DNA of 64,000 bases from NCBI RefSeq assembly GCF_009914755.1, contig NC_060941.1. One strand, 5' to 3'. This document shows positions 1 through 14,854 of this stretch, in pieces; position 1 is the first letter of the stretch, and each line of letters starts with the position of its first letter. The translations under genes were made by a program, and so were the position numbers. The notes beneath the pieces were generated by a model that did not search any database, was not told where the DNA came from, and saw only the letters and a list, made by a program, of their open reading frames with translations. The DNA is from the human T2T-CHM13v2.0 reference genome, Homo sapiens.

Positions 1-254
1 TGCTTATTTTAATGCAGCTGTCAATATAACACTATGCTTAAAAATGAAAAATCTAAGAAAAACACTAAAGCAAACTGGGTATTGTGATTATAGCCATAAA
101 CCAGAACTGCCTCAGGCAAAACAAGAGGTAGAGTATTTCTAATTATACTGTGAAGTACAATCCTTGCTGTAAGAAAAACAATCTCTCAACTTATTAGGGC
201 AGTTAGGAAAACGTTTCTCTTGTGCATAAAGGATGTAGATGGAAGGCAGTTATC

Positions 255-700
255 TTTGCTTATAGGACAAATTTGGCCGGCAGACATATTTTGTTGGCTC
301 ACACAGAGTTGTTTTTGACTTGAATTACTTGCAAAAAATTAAATTGGAAGATTTCACATAGAATTGTGGCTTCTCTTGAAAAAAAATGCAAGATCTGACA
401 ACTCTAAGCTTGAATTTCCACATACTGAAAATCAGCGATAGTGTCACAAAACTACATTATTTTATAAACTCAAAGGGCACCACTTAGCTTGTATCCTAAG
501 TAAAATTAATACAATGAAATTGTACCTATGTTATATAAATATGCCAACCCCCTGGAATTGAGCAACTCCTAGTGCCCTGAGGTCTATGAAGGATACCTTT
601 AGAAGAAATAAGTAGTCTTTGGTTTGCCACAATTCCTACCCCACTTAATTAATTCACTTCACTGCTTGGTCAAGTAAGCAATTGAATTTTTTACTTTTGG
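255..700. mobile_element. Degenerate hAT-Charlie MITE, MER102-like
   Basis: CAAATTTGGCC...GAAGATTTCACATAGAA...GGCTTCTCTTGAAAAA...AGATCTGACAAC and later TTTGCCACAATTCCTACC resemble the recalled MER102 consensus; boundaries approximate. Confidence 0.5.
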
Positions 701-908
701 TTTAGACTACACTCTTCCTAAGAATTGTTTGTTTTTTAAAGGTAAAGATTCCTCTCTGTCTGATTTTATAGTTAGTCACTAGACAACCCAGTGTATCTTA
801 AACTCCCACTTCTGGAGAATATTCAAAGGGAATTGCCTTACACCATCCTGCATTGTTGTGTAGGTTTTGAGTGATAAAGCCACTCATACCCTATTACTCT
901 TTGCCAGA

Positions 909-996
909 GGCTGGTCTCAAACTCCTGACCTCATGATAACGCCTGCCTCAGCCTCCCAAAGAGCTCAGATTATAAGTGTGAGCCACTGGGCCCAGC
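909..996 (-). mobile_element. Alu left-arm fragment (no tail)
   Basis: GGCTGGTCTCAAACTCCTGACCTCATGAT...GTGAGCCACTGGGCCCAGC is the reverse complement of an Alu 5' end. Confidence 0.85.
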
Positions 997-1552
997 ATAT
1001 GCTAAAGTTTTGACACCATAAGCATTATACCAGTCATTCCCATTGCCAGTTTAAATGTACACCCTTGTTTAAAAGGCTGGAATGCATCTTAGTGAATAAG
1101 GTATATTAAATAATGTCAATACACAGCTTGTTAAAGCTGACAATGGATCCTCAGAAGGTGTCAAACAGGAGCAGAACACAGCCTTTATCCTGCCCCAGGT
1201 TGCTTAAAGCTGAAGTGTGGTAAATTGGGCATGTCTGAAATGGAACTGTCAAGCTTAGAAGGTCTAATATTGAATCTTTCCATACAGATCTCAAACAGAC
1301 TAACATATCTGGGCACTTGAACTTTTCTTGGGTTACAAAGTACCTGAAAAATAATACTTATGAGAGTTACTAAAAATGCCCTGTGAGACAAAGGAGCAAG
1401 TAAAATTATTACATGACAAATTATGTCCTTCTACAAATATCCATAGATTCTAGGCAATTTCCTTTCACAGTTTAATTCCAAGGATGCAAATAAGGCAAAT
1501 AAGTTTCCCTTTGAAGATTACCTTCCTTCCCTGATGCTTCATGATGGCTGTC

Positions 1553-1854
1553 TTTTTTATATTCTTGAGAAAAAGTGTTACTCTGCTGTCACCCAGGCTG
1601 AAGTGCAGTGGCATAATCATAGCTCACTGCAGCCTTGACCTCTTGAGCTTAAGTGATCCTCCCACCTCAGTCTCCTGAGTAGCTAGGAATACAGGCACAC
1701 GCCACCATGCCTAGCTAAATTTTTATTTTTATTTTGTAGACATAGTGTCTCAGTAGGTTGCCCAGGCTGGACTCAAACTCCTGGCTTCCTGCAATTCTCC
1801 CACCTCAGCCTCCTCAAAGTGCTGGGATTATAGGCATGAGCCACTGTGCCTGGC
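1553..1854 (-). mobile_element. AluJ-like SINE
   Basis: Dimeric Alu with AluJ-type ATCATAGCTCACTGCAGCC; flanked by a direct repeat ATGGCTGTCTT (TSD). Confidence 0.9.
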
Positions 1855-2479
1855 CATTATGGCTGTCTTGAGCACTGAGTTGAAAAGGCATCTGAGGCCA
1901 CTTCTAGGCTAAAGCTAGAGTATCACAGTCCAGGCTGGCCAGGGAGGTCTGGGTAAATGCTGTCAGCACAGAGTCCAGGTGCTGGCTGTGGACTGAACTT
2001 CTGGATATGGCACTGACCTACAGTATCAGTCTCTGTTTGAGGTCATGTTCAGTGTAGTTAATAAGTTAAAATTCTGTGGATTTACAGGGAGAGGTTTATT
2101 ACTGAACTAAATTCATCTTCCTGTCTGATATTACAGCATAGAAAAAATAACTCTAATGAAATCAGGATAGAGGAGTCAAGATTGTACATTAAAAGGAACT
2201 AACAGTGTATTCTGAGTAAGGGAGGTATAAAAACAATAAAATAAAGCATCAAGTCAAAGAAGACAGCAGGTAATGAATTTGAAGCAAATGATTGATCCCA
2301 GTGGTTGAGGAAATAGCAAGAGAGTTCAGGGGCCAGAATCTGGAGAAAGTCTATGAGACAAGAATATACAGAGGAAGGGAGCTCTTTTTCTATGCCTAAA
2401 GTTGAAGCTGTGAATGGAGAGAAAGCTATTCAAGGTGAAAGGCCAAGTTTGACTCTCCAAATATTGGTAATAAAAGTTA

Positions 2480-3044
<565 letters not shown>

Positions 3045-3069
3045 CTATCCCCTCCCCTCACCCCCTGGA

Positions 3070-3232
3070 AATAGATTCTGTCTTAGAGCCTGGAGAGGGA
3101 GTGCAGCACTGCCAATATCTTTATCACTCAGTGAAACTCATTTTGGACTTGACCTCTAGATAATAAATATGTGTCATTTATAAGTCACCACATTTGTAGT
3201 AATGTGTTACAGCAACAATAGCAAGCAAATAC
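3070..3232 (+). mobile_element. MLT1 (ERVL-MaLR) LTR 3' fragment
   Basis: AATAAATATGTGTC...TAAGTCACCACATTTGTAGTAATGTGTTACAGCAACAATAG...AAATACA is a typical MLT1 end. Confidence 0.7.
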
Positions 3233-5856
3233 ACTATGCAGACTAATAACATTGTTATTGGTTAAATGGAATGTTTATTTTCAATAAGAGATAAAGAATC
3301 TGACATAATTTCCTGTACTTGCATAGCAGGAAGTGGAAACAGATTCAAATTTATTTTGTCTTAAGTTTCCTGGAGATTGGGAGATAGGGGTATATATTTT
3401 TGAATGAACTCATATGGCTAAACACAGAGAAACGTCCTGAGTGTACTCTTTAAATATTCAGCATCACCATTGTTCAAACCTTCAAGATTCCAGGGCCTCA
3501 TACTAAAATCGTAGGAATTGGATGAGAAAAATGTCCTAGGAGGGAATTTAAATGAATGAGAATACTCGCAGAAGATGACACAGGCGAAGAGTAGAGTTGA
3601 AAGCTGAGCCCCATTGCACAGGAGGGTGCTCAGAATGAGAGAAAGCACTTGCTAGCAACTTCCAAAGCAGAAATATTTGCCATAAAGGAAAGGTATGTGA
3701 GAATCATTATGCCTATTTTTTCCAACCTGGAGACCATTTTTGTTCTTCTAGATTTTACAACCCTCTTAGCTCACCTTGTGTACTCAGAAAAATAGTCTCA
3801 CTTCATGCTGAGCAAGTAGGTTGGATATCAGTTCTATTTCTCAGGTGAATGGTAAGATTTTTAGTTCAATGAGAAAGTACAGTGACTGGTGAATTCGAAC
3901 CCCCTAAACAACTAAGCAAGCAATGAATTGCACCTCCAAAATGATCGATTGAGCCCTGAATCAAAGAAAAGGTGTGTGTCTTTATGTGTGTCATAAAAGA
4001 GGTTGGGTAAGGAGATAACTGAGTTGGGAAAGACTGGATTTCTTTTAATGGGCTCCGTATGTTTTTCTTGACAGAGCTCATCTTGATTGAAGAGGCTGCA
4101 TGTCTCTGGAAAGCACCAACTCATTCTGCGTCGAGTAATAATTTTGTGCCTGTAGTCAAGCTAACACCCCGCCCACCCACCCACTGCAACGCCTCACACA
4201 CACACGCTGAGATAGAAAAACATGTGCATCCCTGCTTCATTATTCAACCTCAGTCATATCTATGGCTTTCTCTTCGAATACTCTGTGGACTAATCACTGA
4301 CCTGCCGGCAGACAGCAGTTGATTTGTTAACACAATTCAAAGCCCAGATCTCTGGAGATTAGAGATTGCCGGGAATAATACTAGTGCAGTTATTATTTAG
4401 CACCAAAATTTCCACGATTTCATAACTGCTATTTCAGAACTGCCACCCCACCTCTGTTTCATTATATAACCCTAGAACAGTGAATAGACAGTGCTATGGG
4501 ATGAGGGAAAAGGAAGACTAAAACAATGTTTCACAAATGCCAGTAATTCCCTGGCCACTCTCATGATTTGTACCAACGTCATGCACCATTGGTACAATTA
4601 TTTATATAGTGTTATCCCTTAAATTGACTCACTGTTTTTACTTGGTCTCTTCCTAACCAGATAATAACCGTAACAGCGTAGATTTAAGGGATAACATTTT
4701 CAATGCTCATTAAAATATATCCATAACTGATGCAATAAAAAACTTGTCCACATACAACCTAAAAGCATCTTACGTGCCTCATAAGTCACATTTTGGGAAA
4801 TACTCAACTGAAATCAATTTCAGCTGAGGGCTTCTAGAATTTCAGACTCAGTCCAAAATACGCAAGCTTAAGATGGATGAAAAGGAAGGAGTGGAAAATT
4901 ATCATTACAGACTCACTCCTCATCTAAATAAACCATTGTTTCACTCCATTTTTCCACATCCTTATTACTAGTAGATACCATTCAAGTACCAGCAGCTGTT
5001 AGAAGAAACTAAAAGGGAAAGAAACAGGCATAAAAAAGAAAGGAAAACATGAATCTGACAACTGAAATCGAATCTGCTTGGTTTTCCACTATTCCTGTAT
5101 TTTGTAGGTTGAAAGGCTAATATCAAAACATTGTGATTTTAAAAACATCATAATTATAGGATCTTGAATCATGTTGTCATCGCTCCATGCTTTTGCCTTT
5201 GTCTCTCTTTTAATCTCCTTAATGCACCATAATTATGTCTTCTGTGTGGGTCAATTATATTTGAACTAGAAAACAAATTACCATCATTACCTCTGATTAT
5301 TCTTCTCTTTTCTTTGATCTTGTTTTGTGCAGCAACCAGAAATTTTGTGTTCATTCAGCCCTTCTCTTCCCCAGTTGCCTTGTTGGCAGAGCTGAAATAC
5401 AGAAGAAAAGAATCCCTCTGCCATTTCCAGTGTTATCTTTTCCCTTCATCCCACTCTTCAAACATTTCTGGTGCCTGCACATTACCAAAATATGTTCAAA
5501 TGATCTTATTACCAAAGTAGCTCTTGGCTAACATGGCCTTTAAGTCACAGTGCCCCTTTAATCTTTTTCTTCCCCTCCCTAATTCTATTTACAAAATCCA
5601 AATTAGTACACAAAGGCTCAAACTGCATTAATACCTTAAAAAGCTACTGCATCCTAGTGTCAATAACCCTGAGATTAATAGTCCCCAAGTCTTATGTGAC
5701 ACAGAAAATTAACAAGGCTATTTTGACCAATGATCCATGAATTATGATGGTACTCTCCACTGTGATTACAAATGTTAATGTAATTAGCATTTATTTTAGT
5801 TGAAAATAAAAAGAAGGTAAGAATGGGGATGACAGAAATTACACTCAAGAAATAGA

Positions 5857-6156
<300 letters not shown>

Positions 6157-7379
6157 AAGAAATAGAAATATTCAGGTTTCCTTAATCAAGTCTTCTGAAC
6201 AGGCGTCGAGTAAAACTAAGAGGGAAGGTGACGTGTTTGATTTCTCTTTACCAAGAAGGAGCATAAACAAGGGATGGGGGAGATTCAGTGACTCATTCTT
6301 TTGAGAAGTCTTACCAGTTATGGGGCATCAAGCATCATGATGATATATCTTGCCCCATATTGACAAGCTGATTTCCCAGAAATCCCCATAACAAATTGGA
6401 AACACATCCTTAATACCAAGGCATTGATATTTGATACTTGGATTTGTTGGGCAGCAAAATGGAAGTGGGAAACAGGGTTTCATAGGAGCAACGTCCTCTA
6501 ACTCATGCTGGCTGGAGCCCTGTATTTAAATCAAAACCTTCACTCCTGCCACATCTTACTGCCCCTTCTGCATGTTATGAGGTGCTTTCCTTCTGCTGTT
6601 TATTCCCCTTCATTTCTGGTAGCCCAGAATCTGCACTGGAGAATGGGGGAAAAATCTAAGAGATACAGTCCACTGTGGCATCTACTCAGCAAATAATACA
6701 ATAAGTACTTATTACTTGCAACTCAACAAATAAAACCCTGGTGTCTTGCAGGTGTCAGGGTACGAGACTCCTCTGTCTTTGTTCAATATAACTATTAGGT
6801 TTGGGGCAGGGGATAGGAGGACTGTGATGCTGGAATAAAACAGAAATACTTTACATTTTAGATGAAAAATAATCCCTCTTTAATGATTGAGTCATGAGAG
6901 AGGGAACACACTAGAATTCAGCTCACACTAGAATTCTCATACTGCCTTGTTCCAGCTGAGTGACTTTGAGATCACACAAACTCTATGCATATGTTGGTCC
7001 CTACTCTAGCTACATCACAGGGCTTCTGTGAGGATGCTCCTAAGTAATGCATAGAAAATGGTTAACATTAAGATATTGTGTATAATAAAATATTGTGCAC
7101 TGAGGGTGAATAAATATTCTGTTTAAATAACATGATCTACCTATTCCGCCTCACTTTAGGTGGAAGGAGGAGGACAGCTCTACTGTGTATTACATGCATG
7201 TGACACTCAGCTAGGAGGTTTTCTCATTTAAACCTTATAACATCTAAATGAGCATAAAATTAATATCCTGATTTTGAAGCTAAAGAAAATGAAGTTCCAA
7301 AAAGATTGGTAATCTGTACATATTTAATGTACAATTTGTTGATTCATTCAACAAATATTAGATGCTATTGTTCTAGGAC

Positions 7380-7616
7380 ACAGATTGGCTATAAACTACA
7401 CCTCACAGGCAAAATCCTATCAAACATCTGTTTTTGCAAATAAAGTGGAGCAAATAAAGTTTTATTGGAACACAGTCACAACCATACTATGGTTGTTTCA
7501 CACTACATTGACAAAGTTGAATAACTACAACAGAAATCATACAGTCTGCAAAGCAAATAAAATATGTACTCTCTGGGTCTTTACAGAAAAAAAAAAAAAA
7601 GCTAATCACTCTTCTA
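7380..7616. mobile_element. MER58A-like hAT MITE inserted in an L2 3' fragment
   Basis: AATAAAGTTTTATTGGAACACAG and TCTCTGGGTCTTTACAGAAAAA match MER58; L2-type TTCATTCAACAAATATT lies before it and CCCTGCTCTTGTGGGACTTACATTTTAGTGG after it. Confidence 0.7.
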
Positions 7617-7724
7617 CGAGCTTGGGATACAGCAGTAACGAATATAGGAGGAAAATTCCCTGCTCTTGTGGGACTTACATTTTAGTGGAGGCAACAGTCA
7701 ATGTAATGCACTTAATTAAAAAGT

Positions 7725-8055
7725 TAATCATTTTCTAAAAGTTCTGGAGGCCAGAAGTCTGAAATCAAAGGGTCAGCAGGACCACACTCACTATCAAGGC
7801 TCTAAGGAAACCTCCTTCCTTGCCTCTTCCAGCCTCCAGTGGCTCCAGGCATTTCTTGCATAACTCTAATGTTTACTGTGTTTCTTCTCCTCTGTCTCTC
7901 ATAAGGACATTTGTCATTGGATTCATGGCTCGCCTGGATAATCCAGGATGATCTCATATCAAAATCCTTTGTTACGTCTGCGAAGTCTCTTTTTCCAAAT
8001 AAAGTCACTTTCACAGGTTCCAGATAGAAATAGTTGGGATGGGCACCATTCAATC
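7725..8055 (-). mobile_element. MLT1B/C-like MaLR LTR
   Basis: TTCTGGAGGCCAGAAGTCTGAAATCAA...ATAATCCAGGATGATCTC...TTTCCAAATAAAGTCAC...CACCATTCAA. Confidence 0.8.
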
Positions 8056-8092
8056 CTCTGGGAAAGCAGAAGCCTGGAAGTTTTGCTTTATG

Positions 8093-8411
8093 TTTTTATC
8101 TTATTTATTTATTTATATATTTATTTAGACAGAGTCTCCTCATTCTCTCACCCAGGCTGGAGTGCAGTGGTATGATTAGGGCTTACTGTAGCCTCGACCT
8201 CCAGGGCTCAAGTGATCTTCCCACCTCAGTCTCCTGAGTACCTGAGACAACAGGCATGTGCCACCACGCCCAGCTAATTTTTTTTATTTTTTGTAGTGAC
8301 GGGTTCTTGCTATGTTGTCTAGGCATGTCTCAAACTCCTGGGTTCAAGAGATCCTCTCGCCTCATCCTCTCAAAGTGCTGGAATTACAGGCATGAGCCAC
8401 CATGCTCAGCT
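8093..8411 (-). mobile_element. AluJ-like SINE
   Basis: (TTTA)n tail followed by a dimeric Alu body; AAGTTTTG on both flanks. Confidence 0.9.
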
Positions 8412-10878
8412 TAAGTTTTGTTTTAGACATGCTAAATATGAGACTTCTCTTAGCTAACTAAGTGGAGATGTTGAGTAGACAACATATGGACCTGGAATTC
8501 AATCACATGATGGTAGAAACCAAGAGTCCCAACCAGTTTTTTTCTTTACCCATGCTTGCTCAATTATCATGGGGTCTCCCATTCACAGAAACAACTAGTA
8601 AAATGGCCCTTGATATGAGGTAATATGACCTGCCTATGCCATTCCGAATGTTGATGTCCTTGAATATAACAAAAACAGCCCCCTCTTTTCTCCTTTAAAA
8701 GATGGTGTGGATTTGACGGAGCAAGACAAGATTCTTAGGGGTAGGAGGAAAGTGGCACTGTTTATTTCCCTTTGGTGATTACATCAAGCTTAGCAAAGCC
8801 CAGAAGACACTATAAATGCAATGGTTTGATTGTTCCTGGTTCCCACCTTGTGAAACACCACAAACATTTATAAGCTGGGGTTAAGGGTCTAACCAATAGT
8901 TTGGAAGAGCAACTTTCTCTAACCCACAGAGAATAAATGGCTTTGCTAGCAGCATTTTCTAACCCATGGAGATAACTAGCTGACAAGAAATCTGAGCATT
9001 AGGTCACTTGATACTGAGTCAACATAGAAATTCTGCCAAATCAAAAACTTCAAAGCTCAATATATTAATGAGCTTCTGGAGCCTCTGAAGACCTCTTACT
9101 GGCCAGAGAAAAGATCTATCGAAGTGTCTTCTCTTTAATTTAAAGTGAAAATTGATGCTATCTGGGTGTCAGGTATAATCATCTTAATTTATTGTGGAAT
9201 ATGTAAGGGACTGCTGACCGTATGAATGATCCAATTATAGGTTTAAATGACTCTGGGGTTCCTTGTTTTCCCCCAGTCTTATTCATGAAGTATTTTCACT
9301 TTCAGACAATCAAGAGTTGTTTATATAGGTTTGGGACTTATTGATGTAGCTAAAAAAAAAACGCAGAGGTGGAATTACAACTGTTTACTTAAAAACAGTG
9401 AATTTGATATGCCAAAAATCTAATTTAGGTATTAGCAATTGAGTCAAAGCTACTTTTAATAAGTAACAAGAAAATGAATCACTTGGGACAGAATAACTCC
9501 AGAGATGGATGATCAAATGTGGCTCCTTCCTCCAAAAGGTTTCTGGCTCCATTTTCCAGAATCTGCAGGGATAGAAAATATCCTCATCCAATGGTGTGTT
9601 CAGTGACATACATGAGTTTGTAACCTCCCTAAGTTCCTATCAGATAGGAAACATTAGGAAATCATTTAAGAGCCTGGTTTATTTTCTCAATCTGGGCAAC
9701 AAAGGTGGATTGAATCTGCTCTGCCACCTTATTCTTCCAGAACAGATGTGAATACAATTCAGAGGACTCAGAAAGGTTGGGCATAAGAGAAAGAGGGCAA
9801 AGTAACATGTCCAGCCCCAAGACTATGACTCCGTGTTCTAAGGGAGATACTACTGTGCAACTGTTGAAAGAATAGGCAAGTGCATTAGAAGAGCATTTGT
9901 GAACGAGTATGCATTCTGCAATTTGCCTCTTCTGTGACTTTAGACAAATTATTCAAACTTTCTAAGCCTCATGTCTTCAAGGGATAAAAAATAGTGCATC
10001 TCTCATAAGGTCTTTGTGAGGGCTAAATGTAAAGAATATATCACCCAGCACAAAGTAAGTGATTTTAATTGCAGCTACAATAATTATTATCTGAATAATA
10101 AAAGCAGGGCTGTAGTTAGGTACTGGCAATTCCAAACTCTTCTGTGTGAGCCAAATATCTGTTAATTCTCAGACCCAGTCACCCCAAACAAGGGACTTTG
10201 ATGAAAGGCCAAATCTTCTGAGAGTGTGATCTGAAGTTTGTTCTCCTATTAGTGAAAGTGGGAAAGTTGCTTTTCTTCATTTTTATGATTTGGCTGAGAT
10301 CTAAAGGCCGTGGGGCACCTGGCACAGAGAACTCAAAGTTATTATTGAAAACTGAAAATTTTGATGAATCTAATAGCCAAAGGCAGATCAAGTCCACATG
10401 GCATGAAAGTAGGGCAATGAGAAAAGCAGGGTTGTGATAATAGTCAAGTCTCAGACCTGTGGTGAGAAATAACAGAATGAATCAGCGTGCAGGAGAAACA
10501 AACCAAGCCAGCAGAAATATTGATTTAGATCCTTTTTAGAAAGAAAATGTCTAGCAGTGACCATTCATTTTGAAGTCGTTTCTGCTACCAGAAGCCAAAA
10601 GCCAAATATATCTGATTAGAATCCCACCTAGACTGGCAGTATTGCCAGATCCTACCCACTGGTAATCTCTTACTCCAGCGTCTACTATGAAAGAATCTTA
10701 GACTTTAGGAAAGAAAAAAAAATGCTCCCACTTCTATAACCTTAGAATGTCTTGGCCAACTCAGCCCCTTAGTCTGAGGTGGAGCCCACCTTTCTGTACC
10801 TGAAGGGACTTTCACTGCCTTACTGGAGTAACACTGTCAGTCTTTAAAGTCTATTAAGAGGAGATGGAAGTGAAGACT

Positions 10879-10906
10879 GTGTGTGTGTGTGTGTATGTGT
10901 GTGTGT
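10879..10906. repeat. (TG)n microsatellite
   Basis: TGTGTGTGTGTGTGTGTATGTGTGTGTG seen directly. Confidence 0.95.
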
Positions 10907-11019
10907 ACACAAGCACATGTGTGTTGGTTGGTGAAGAAGACACAAAGCCATCTCAAATCCTGAGAATGAGCCTGACTGACATGACCTCCAACAGCAAACA
11001 GGCAATAATAGGCAACCAC

Positions 11020-11950
11020 ACATTCATTCCTTTAACAAAAGTGCTCATTCAAGTGGAATATGAATTAAATTACTCCATATTAATTGAATGCCTACTCTTG
11101 TCAAGTTGGGAGGGAGGGGCAGGGGAAATTAGGAGGTTATTATAATAACACAAGTAAATGACAATATCATTTTAGGTAAAATTGGTAGTAGAGAAGGTCA
11201 TGACAAGTAATTGAAACCAGGATACATTTTGAAGATACTGCTGAAAAGATTAACAGATTGAATGTGGAGTACAAGAGAGAAAGGAAACTCATGATGACTC
11301 TATGTTTCTTGGCCCAGGCAACTAGTAGGATGAAACTTCCAATCATTGAGATAGGATGACTGTGGGAGGAGCAGATTTGGGAGCTTAGGAATTAAGAGTT
11401 ATGTTTTGGCCATATTCAGCCTGAGATAACAACTTTACATCTAAGGGGGATGTGTTGAGTAGGCAGTTGGATATATGAGAAGGGTTTGGGAAGAAAAGTC
11501 GTGAGTTGTAGATATAAATTTAGGAGTTGTCAGAGTTAAGATGGCTTTTAAAACCCTGAAACTGGGGAAGATAACCTAGGGAGTAAGTGTAGAACCAAAA
11601 AAGATATCTGAAGTCTGGGCTTTAAGAGATGAGGAAGAATAAACAGAAAAAAAATAGAGTGATAAGTGAAATGGAAGAAAAACTAAGAGAGGCAGCAAAG
11701 TGAAGAAAGAGCTTCAAGAAGAGAAGAGTCAGCTCTTCTAATATTGATAGACCTAATGTGATGAGGAATTATAATGAACTTCTGGATTTGGTATCATGGA
11801 GATCATCAAGGACTGTGGTAAGATTCTTTCAATGCAAGAGAAAACAAAACACCAGTTAGTGTGGGTTCAAAAAAGACTGTGAGTAGAGGAATTGGAAATA
11901 GCTAATGTAGACAACTTTTTTTGAGGAATTTTTCTATAAAGAAGAGGAAA
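11020..11950 (-). mobile_element. L2 LINE fragments
   Basis: CATTCATT...TTGAATGCCTACT (L2 3' end) and purine-rich L2 body motifs such as GGAGGAGCAGATTTGGG...GAGTTATGTTTTGG and TAGGCAGTTGGATATATGAG. Confidence 0.7.
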
Positions 11951-14854
11951 CCCTAACAAAGGGATCAAACCACTGGCTACTTGCCCTAGAAAGTAAAAAT
12001 GACTCAGGATTCCCGATAGGCTCCAGAACTAAATTTAAGTTGACAACACTTTAGAGATCTTACGCTCAACCGCACTGAGATGATGGAAAAGGATAGAGAT
12101 AAAAGTAAGGCACAATACCAGTCCTCAGAAAGATTTTAGTCAGATAGAAAATATATTTATGATATCAAGATCAGAAAAAAAAATTGCATTTTGTCCTTGA
12201 AATGGCCATGTTACTTAAGTATAGCAGACTGTGGGCATATTTAACATTGGGGGATTTTTGAATACTTAGAAGTCACTCTGAGGGTTAAAGATGTGTGGTC
12301 ATTTGCAGTTTTGCTAAAGAGAAAACTGGAATGTGTGTGCTGTTGGGCTGGTACAAAAAAGAATCATCCATGTACTCAGCCCACTTCCCAGCACCTACGT
12401 CTTACTCAGCTTTGTGGTTGTCAACTGTTATGTTCATGATAATATACATCAAGTCCTAGGTCAGTCATTTAAGATTTTCTTTCATGCTTTACAGAAAAGA
12501 AAACATACCATTATGTTCCCTGTTTGAGTAACACACTACTGAACGAAATATTTGCTCTTATCTTTTCAGAATTTTGGCTGAAGAATAAAACAGGTAAAAA
12601 CAATAAAACACACCCCTAGATTCTTTTTCTCTCTCTGTGGCTATCTCTCTGGGCACCATCATGAATGACGCAGTAATTATTCTGGACTAGGAAATTAATG
12701 ATGAACTAACTGATTCAGGGAAGACAAGTAGTAATAGATGCCATTCTAACTCAGGAGGCAACAAACCTACTTTACAAATACAGGAAAACCTAGTTAAAAC
12801 ACACCTAGTTAAAACATGATCATACAAGTTGCTGTTTTTCTCAGAATCAGAGACATGTTGTTAATGGCAAGACAACAGATTTTCGTGATACATATTTGTT
12901 GGGTTATGGAGAGAAAGTTAAATCCAAACACAGACTTACAAGATATGACTCATCAAAACAATAGAAGGATCCAAACACACAGCAAAGCATAAAACACACA
13001 AAATAAGAATATAATAAAGAGAGTCAAGAAAATTACAAAGATAAATTCGGTATTGGCAAGAATAATTAAAGACCATGCAATACTTTGATCTTTGGTAATT
13101 GTAAAAAAAATTTTCAGCAGATACTTACTGGAAGTAAACACTTTTAAAAGAATTGCAAGATAAATCCATGCTACACTAGAGGATAGAAGTTCCAATTCAA
13201 TTACTGAAATCCCCCCCACCCCAAAACTCGCCACCATCATCACCTTCTGCTTCTGGTCTATGTAAGACTAGAAATTCAAATGGTTATTGAATAGAGTTGG
13301 TAGGAGAATTTTCAAACAAGTGAAGAATTTTTTTTCTTTCTCCTCCCACCCACTCAGAAAGAGAGTTGGAAGGGTAGTGCCTCCCCTCTATCATGCTAAG
13401 AGAAAGAGAACTTAAAAGATTGGCTTGACACCAGAAAAGAAGTCATGTTAACACTGGTTTAATGTTCTTTGAGCAATAAAAATTTATAGGCCTGCCACAT
13501 GCTGCTACAGGACCAGAATAAAACTAGGGAGAAAGATACTGGAAGAGTCTGATATGTGTTCCCAGGAGTTTCAGGGCACAGATGAACACACAGACTAGTT
13601 ACTGTGGAAGTCTGAAGGGGTAAAGCTGGCTGGATTGTCCTTTGTCTAGACTTTAAGGAGGAGGGGATTTTAACTTGGGCAAGCTACTTGTCCACGATTT
13701 GGCACCATAAGAATGTATGAAGGTCCCAAGGGCCAAGTAGCCATGTTTGAGTAGTCTTAATAGGCTTACTTCAAAGATGACACCATGCTGAAATATGACA
13801 AGCAAGCTGTGAGAAGTTACAGAGGATTCTGCAACAGACAGAAACTGATTGCGGGTGTCAGGAGGTCAGTTGGAGAATGCATCTATACCAGGGAACTATG
13901 CATGACAGGTGTCTACACAAGAGCATTTTGGAGGATCCACCAATACACTCCACAGAAAAGCCAAAACTTTATGCTTGACATAAGACAATACGCGTCCAAC
14001 CACAAGAGGAATACAAACAACTAAATAAAAATACTTTTCTCCTACAATTTAGGACCCTCCTTTTGGCTCAGCCTCAGAAGAATAAGAGGAAGGAGATATG
14101 AAAGCTCCAGAGGAAGAATGACGAAACAGTCCTTGCTACTTTTCCTTCGGCAGCCTTGACCTCCCTTTCAAAAGAGAAGGCATTACATTTCATGAGAGGT
14201 GCAGATACAAGGCTCAGGGAATGCAGAGAATAGATCACCAATTCTGTTACCTTTTACTGGAGTCCTATTCTCTTCTATGATTTTAATAAAAGTACCAAGG
14301 AACAAATGGTGAAGAAACATGGCTTCTGTTCAATATTCCATCCTTATTAGCTTGAATGTAATCTCACTGAAAAGCAGGCATTAACACCCACCAGAGCACT
14401 GGTGGAAAGCTTAGTCATTCTAAGCAGATTCTCATAACTCTGGATATTGATTTTACATTACAAAATTATTGATGAATTGCAACAGACATCCAGCTGTATT
14501 GACTGTCTTCAAAAGTGTCTGGAGAAATGGAAAGTCAGTAGCAACATTAAACAATGTTTTGGAGGGGCCAACTACATTGTCATACTGCTATGGCAGTGTC
14601 TATTATTCTACAAACGCATATCTTTATTTTTCTTTAGATTGTTGGTGCTCATGGGGCTAAGCAAGGAGAATAGTTAACTTTTTTGGAACTTTAAAATTCC
14701 AACTGTAAAAGACCTATCTGCAATTTTCAGTTAATACTAATGGTGACTGTAAGAGTATATCCAACATCAGATCAGATAGTCATTTATTCCTTAAATGTAT
14801 GCCATCTATAGACATCCATTCACCAGGAATTTGTTAAGAACTTACATTGTTCAG

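Noticed and set aside
9480-9580. Minus-strand acceptor TTTTCTATCCCTGCAG followed by ILENGARNLLEEGATFDHPSLE
   Set aside because: There is no convincing donor before the stop, and the peptide is not recognised.
13300-14130. Purine-rich stretch resembling an ancient LTR (LTR78/79-like)
   Set aside because: Too diverged to support a family or boundaries by eye.
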